Assembly: GCA_963575745.1 (NCBI GenBank)
Contig: CAUYUJ010000267.1
Coordinates: 62,001-116,063, forward strand
DNA: 54,063 nt
From: Prorocentrum cordatum
Lineage: Eukaryota
Direction of reading: 5' to 3'
Part shown: positions 49,435 to 54,063 of the stretch, one piece after another
Layout of the letters: the number at the start of each line of letters is the position of its first letter
Position numbering within the stretch: position 1 is the stretch's first letter
The notes under the pieces: model-generated
The model's input: only the letters and a program-made list of their open reading frames with translations
Told to the model about the DNA's origin: nothing
Databases searched by the model: none
Translations under genes and position numbers: made by a program

Positions 49435-49467
49435 CTTGAAGGGCACGCGGTGCTCGGGGGTGATCAC
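49435..49467 (-). CDS. SEC61A: Sec61 alpha, first exon found (VITPEHRVPFK)
   Basis: 33 nt, GAG|G acceptor, AAG|GA donor. Matches the conserved N-terminal PEV..P.R..PF[KR] segment and joins in frame to the EKILWT exon. Confidence 0.8.
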
Positions 49468-50144
49468 CTCCGGCGCGCGACGGAGCGCGCACAGGCGCGG
49501 GGCACGGATGTGTGATGTCGCAGCAGGCCCAGCACTGGCCACCGCTCGGACGTCCATTCCCTGTGCTTTTCCCGGTTTCGTGCGTGGTTTCTCTCGCCAA
49601 ATGATCAAGGATGCTCCTCGATGGTCGTCGCCTCATGATCAGCGATGCCGAGAGCAGAGGGCGGCAGTAAGGGGGAGGGGGATCGGCTCAGCGCGGGCAG
49701 CCCGCGGGGGGGGCTGCACAGATGCACGGGTCGTAGGCTCTCCGGTGGCGCCTGCCTTCGCGCTTGGCGCTGCGCGGCGCGCGACGCGCACAAACTGCGC
49801 GCTCTCGCGCCGCGCCCCCAGGGGAGCAGAGGAGGATGACGAGGCATCGGGGCCGAACCGCGAAGGGCGCGCGTAAATTCATGCCCTCGAGGGGGCCCTT
49901 GCTCTCCTGCCTCTGCGCGCTGCGCTGCGACGATCATGGGAATCCCCTCTCCTCGAGACGACCCATGGCACCTCGGGCAACTGCCGGCGCTGCCCCGTCC
50001 AGGGGGCGGCCTGCCGAAGGGCGCGCGCAAACATGGGGACGGGGAGGAGGACAGGTCGGCGGCGCGCAGCCTCCCATAACACGAAGCCAAGACGAAGCTG
50101 ACATCGGGTGAAGACACATCGAGAATCTCTGAAATCCGGCGGCT

Positions 50145-50315
50145 TCGGGGATGGACAGACCCCCCTTTAGTAAAACGTGGTTTAGTGAAAACGACCTGAG
50201 GCCCAAACCTGGCGGGCGCAAGCCTGGAAAATAACGGCCACGGCGCCCTCTCGAGAACCGAAAACGGACAATTCACTAATCGACGTGTCACTGTTGGGGT
50301 TCTGTCCACCCCCGA
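50145..50315. mobile_element. MITE family A copy inserted into repeat family B
   Basis: TIRs as above; 5-bp TSD CGGCT. Uninterrupted family B copies (31070, 35356) carry a single CGGCT. Confidence 0.92.
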
Positions 50316-51081
50316 CGGCTCTGGAAAACTGTCTCGGGCGCCGCGGCCTCCTCAGGGCGTTCCGGAACGCTCTGGGAGCGTTCCGGAACTCTCTGGAACG
50401 GATCGTCATCCTCGTTCCAGCCCAGTCCGATCTAAACAGACGTGCGCTGGTCTTGGCAACTCGTAAACTGTCAGGCGCGGGCTGCCACGAGACAGACGAA
50501 GGAGCCGCCTCCATCGCGCCGGAGCGCGTCCCTGGAGGGAAGGGCGGGACGGGCCGCAGCCCTCAGATGTTGACGCTGGCGTAGAGTTTCCTGACCCAAA
50601 AGATCCCACGGGTCAAATGTGAATGTTTGTTTGGCAAGGTTTCCACGGGGGAGCCTCAAGTTGCAACAATCAAACACACAAGACGCGCTTTAGCGCTGCT
50701 CTCGGCCGATCCTCTTGCCAGCCGCTGTACTGGCTGAGCCGGAGGCCAAGATGTGGGTGGATCCTTGCTGACGGGCCTGCCTTAGGCGGGCCCTGTCTTG
50801 ATCCTCCCATGTCTGTACGAGCGAGGAATCGAGGGGATCCAGCGATGCCGCGGTGTCAAATGAGGAGTATTAAATCCGCCGGCCCCCTTGCGGGGCCATC
50901 AGGCTGCGAGGCTTAGGCTTGGTTCCATGCCCCAGTTGCAGGTTCCAGCTTCCATTGGTGATAGTTAACTTTCTGCTTCCTACTGAAAATTGTCACTGTC
51001 CGCGCGAGGGGGGCCGATCCCCAAACCACCCGGTTACCATACCCGAATTACATCCTCAGGGGGGGGTCGAGGGACACGAAA

Positions 51082-51114
<33 letters not shown>

Positions 51115-51319
51115 ATAGATATAAAAATTCGCGCCCCCGAGACCATACTTCTTCGTAAATGAAAGAATGCTCGCGTCCCCGAGGCCACAAACCCTCGTGA
51201 ATTACTCGATTGTTGCGTCCCCGAGACAACCCAAAGAGGAAACTACACAATATTCGCGCCCCCGAAACCACATACCTTCGCACATTACGCCATATTCGCA
51301 ATGCCGAGGCCGAAGAGTG

Positions 51320-51930
51320 CTCCAAGGCGCCCAAAGATGGTTCCAAGACGGCCCAAGAGGGCCCGAAGAGACCCCAAGAGCGCTCCAAGAGGCCTCCCGA
51401 GAGAACCCCAAAAGGCCAAAATCGTAAAGTGTACGGAGGTTGTTGAATGATGTTGGCCTTCTTGTTTGTTTGTTTTCCTTTCCGACGCTCCAGGACGGCT
51501 CAAGAAGCTCCCGAGACCGCCCCAAGGCAACCTAAGACGCCTCCAAGAGGGCCCCAAGACGGCCCAAGAGGGCTCCAAGATGGCCCAAAAAGCGCTCAAC
51601 ACAGCCCAAGAAAGGGCCCCAAGACGGCCCCAAGAGGGGCCCAAGCCGGGGACTACGAACCGAGTATTCAACTCTGTGCACACATAAGCCCCCAGGAGGC
51701 ACCACGAGACCTTCAAGACGCCCCAAAAGGCCCCAAGAGGCGCCCAAGACGCGCCGAAGAGGCTTCCAGGAGGCCCAAACGGTGCCCACGAGGCCCCAAG
51801 AGGCCCCCAAGAGGCGCCCAAACGCCTTCGAGAGGCCCTCCTGGGGCTCCCCACGGCACTCCAACACGTATACAAGGGGTCTCAGACCCACAACTCAGGC
51901 AAGGTTGCGGGATGCGCCGACGGCCACCAG
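51320..51930 (+). repeat. Strand-skewed CCAAGAGGCC/CCAAGACGG-rich dispersed repeat (related tracts ~11575-11975, ~24590-25030)
   Basis: Degenerate 10-11-bp CCCCAAGAGG units. The 11.9-kb and 51.9-kb copies both end in a GCGGGATG.GCCGA.GGCCAC motif. Confidence 0.6.
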
Positions 51931-53046
51931 GAGAGCTCCAACGTCTCAATATGCAATGATGATTCATATCCGCCTCCGTATGATGTTTCCCGATGCGCCA
52001 AGGTAGCGCCGAGACGCACCGACGCGACACTGATATATCCCATTTTGATGGAGAAGGGGCGGGCGGCAGGGTCGAAGCCCTTACGGGTAACAGCTAGCAC
52101 GAACGAGCGAACGGTGCCGCCAAGCGGACGCTGCCACTGGGGCCTTCTGCGCAACTCCAACAATTGCGTTCTCATCCCCGCTCCGCGACAGCTTGCCGGA
52201 AACATGCAAATCAAGATTCGTAGACAAACAAAACGCGCTGCGAAACGGAAACACCTTCACGCACGTTGTCTGCCGCAGTGGCGAGGATCCCCACCGCGTT
52301 CGCAGGCAGCCGTGGGGCGCAACGGGGCCGAATTAAGCATGAAGGCCATGTGCGCACATGTGTAATAACATGTAAACCAACATCTTTCGCGCGTGTCATC
52401 AGCAAGCGCCAACACACGAAACCACGAAATGAAAGCAGACACTCAGCGACGCAAAACACATCGTGGCGGGGTGCTGAGCTGGAGTTGCGGTCCAGATTTG
52501 GTAGATTCACATGTCTGGAGAGATTTCAGGGGGGGGATCATGCTGTTTTACCCACATCACTTTCAACATCCGAACGCATTGTTTGTTTATCGCTTTGTCA
52601 AAGTTGCGGCAAGGTGCGCGGGGCTGGAAGGAACGCTTGAAACACCAACGCGCGCGGCCCGAACCTTCAGCCCCAAGCCCGCATGCCTGTTTTCAAAATT
52701 GCGGGGGCGTGCGCGGGGCAGCAGAGTGGTCAAAACAACAGCGCGCGAACGGCCATGCTTTTCAAACAAACGTATTTACCCAAATCAAACACGTTCTACG
52801 TCGCAGCGCGGCAGAGGCAGTCCGCACGCGCGCTCGGGCAAGCCAGGTGACGGCATCGCGAAGCATCCCAAATTGAACATGCCCCCTGGCAAAATGATCC
52901 CAGCTGGCGTGATGTGGATACATGCTAGGGTAATGAAAGTACGTTGTGGAAACAGCGTTGTTGGACGTACTATGGAGCTCTTGTGGTGCACATCTTCGGA
53001 AAGACTACGTTGCAGATTGTAACATGATCTGGCCAGTTTCTCCAAC

Positions 53047-53218
53047 TCTGGGATGGACAGACCCCCCTTTAGTAAAACGTGGTTTAGTGAGAATGACCTG
53101 AGGCCCAAACCTGGCGGGCGCAAGCCTGGAAAATAACGGCCACGGCGCCCTCTCGAGAACCGAAAACGGACAATTCACGAATCGACGTGTCCCTGTTGGG
53201 GTCTCTGTCCACCCCCGA
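53047..53218. mobile_element. MITE family A copy with 9-bp flanking duplication
   Basis: TTCTCCAAC at 53038-53046 and 53219-53227. Confidence 0.9.
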
Positions 53219-53375
53219 TTCTCCAACACAAAAAACGAGAGAATGATGTCGAACGCTTGCCGAAGTGCCCGAAGGTCGCTCCCTCAGGAGGTGGTGACGG
53301 ACAACTCTCCGCCTGAGACCGGCTTCCGCATGGGGTTTGGGAAGCTAGCGGTCTTGCGCCTAAGTCTGCCTAGGG

Positions 53376-53559
53376 TTAAGTCGGGCGTGTCCCCCTGCAG
53401 GGGGATCTTCGACGAAAAATAAAAAATATCCCCAACATAGTCAATCCAAAAATAGTCTGGGGACTATTTTTTGAGTATTCTTTGACCTTTTTGGGGTATT
53501 GTGGAGTATTCTTTATTTTTCTTCGAAAGTCCCCTTATAGGGGGACACGCCCGACATAA
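53376..53559. mobile_element. MITE family E copy
   Basis: TIR TTAAGTCGGGCGTGTCCCCCT / AGGGGGACACGCCCGACATAA; perfect TSD GCCTAGGG; AT-rich palindromic interior. Confidence 0.9.
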
Positions 53560-54063
53560 GCCTAGGGCCTGGTTCCCGCAGCAAAACCCCTCGTCATTCA
53601 TCGATCCCCCGAGCTGTGGCGCTGGCTCCAGTCGGGCCTTCATGGCCGAGGAATTTGGAAGAGCATTCTGAAACCACATTGTCGGCTACACGTGAGAGTG
53701 ACCCTGGGCAAGAGTGACCTTTGGTGCGCGGCTTTTGGGGGGCCGCGGGGAGGCCAAATCCAGGCGCGCTAGCCGCTGCTGCCGCTTCGCGTTCGGCCGT
53801 CTGGGGGCCCATCTGTGCCCGCACCAAAGGTCACTCCGGCGGAAGGTCACTCTTACGTCTAGTCGACATTGAGGGGCAACGTTGGGGTGGGGACCGGCGG
53901 CTCCGGTGGGGGACACAGCCAGCTGGAATCGGCGATACAACGTCGGTAGAACGGCGACAAGCCCCCATCCCAGCGTGCCTGGGCGTGGTGGGCTATCAGG
54001 CCCGTATCGGCGATGACAGGGCCTCTAGGGGTTGATGTATCCTTCAGTAATTACATTCTACTT

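Noticed and set aside
53620..53670. Minus-strand GCC-ATG-AAG|GC as a possible Sec61 start exon
   Set aside because: Too short to test, and no linking exon encoding an RFL.L..P...LPE segment was found between it and 49467.

Overview
Eukaryotic, GC-rich and repeat-dense nuclear DNA with dinoflagellate hallmarks: GC/GA-AG introns with AG|G junctions, a genomic relic of the 22-nt DinoSL spliced leader, and decayed PPR repeats (Prorocentrum-like, inferred). The only host gene I can support is a Sec61 alpha translocon subunit on the minus strand. Nine small exons (33-104 nt; 531 nt, 177 aa, all in phase) lie across 14567-49467, separated by 1.9-7.6 kb introns. I did not find its first exon(s) or C-terminal exons in the window. 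Almost everything else is intronic or flanking: several MITE families with readable TIRs and TSDs, some nested; a foldback element; a 5'-truncated LINE-like RT/zinc-finger remnant followed by a second decayed ORF; an SL-headed retrocopy; a decayed PPR array; and mini/macrosatellites. Highlights: (1) in 7 of 8 complete introns the first two intron bases equal the first two bases of the next exon; (2) a MITE whose 8-bp TSD duplicates a splice acceptor and creates a new 170-nt GC...AG unit (possible recursive splicing or intron birth); (3) MITEs with TNGG...CCNA ends and flanking duplications of 5, 9, 28 and 50 bp; (4) the DinoSL-headed retrocopy. Most ORFs in the supplied track are artefacts of simple repeats and high GC. 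No database searches were run.
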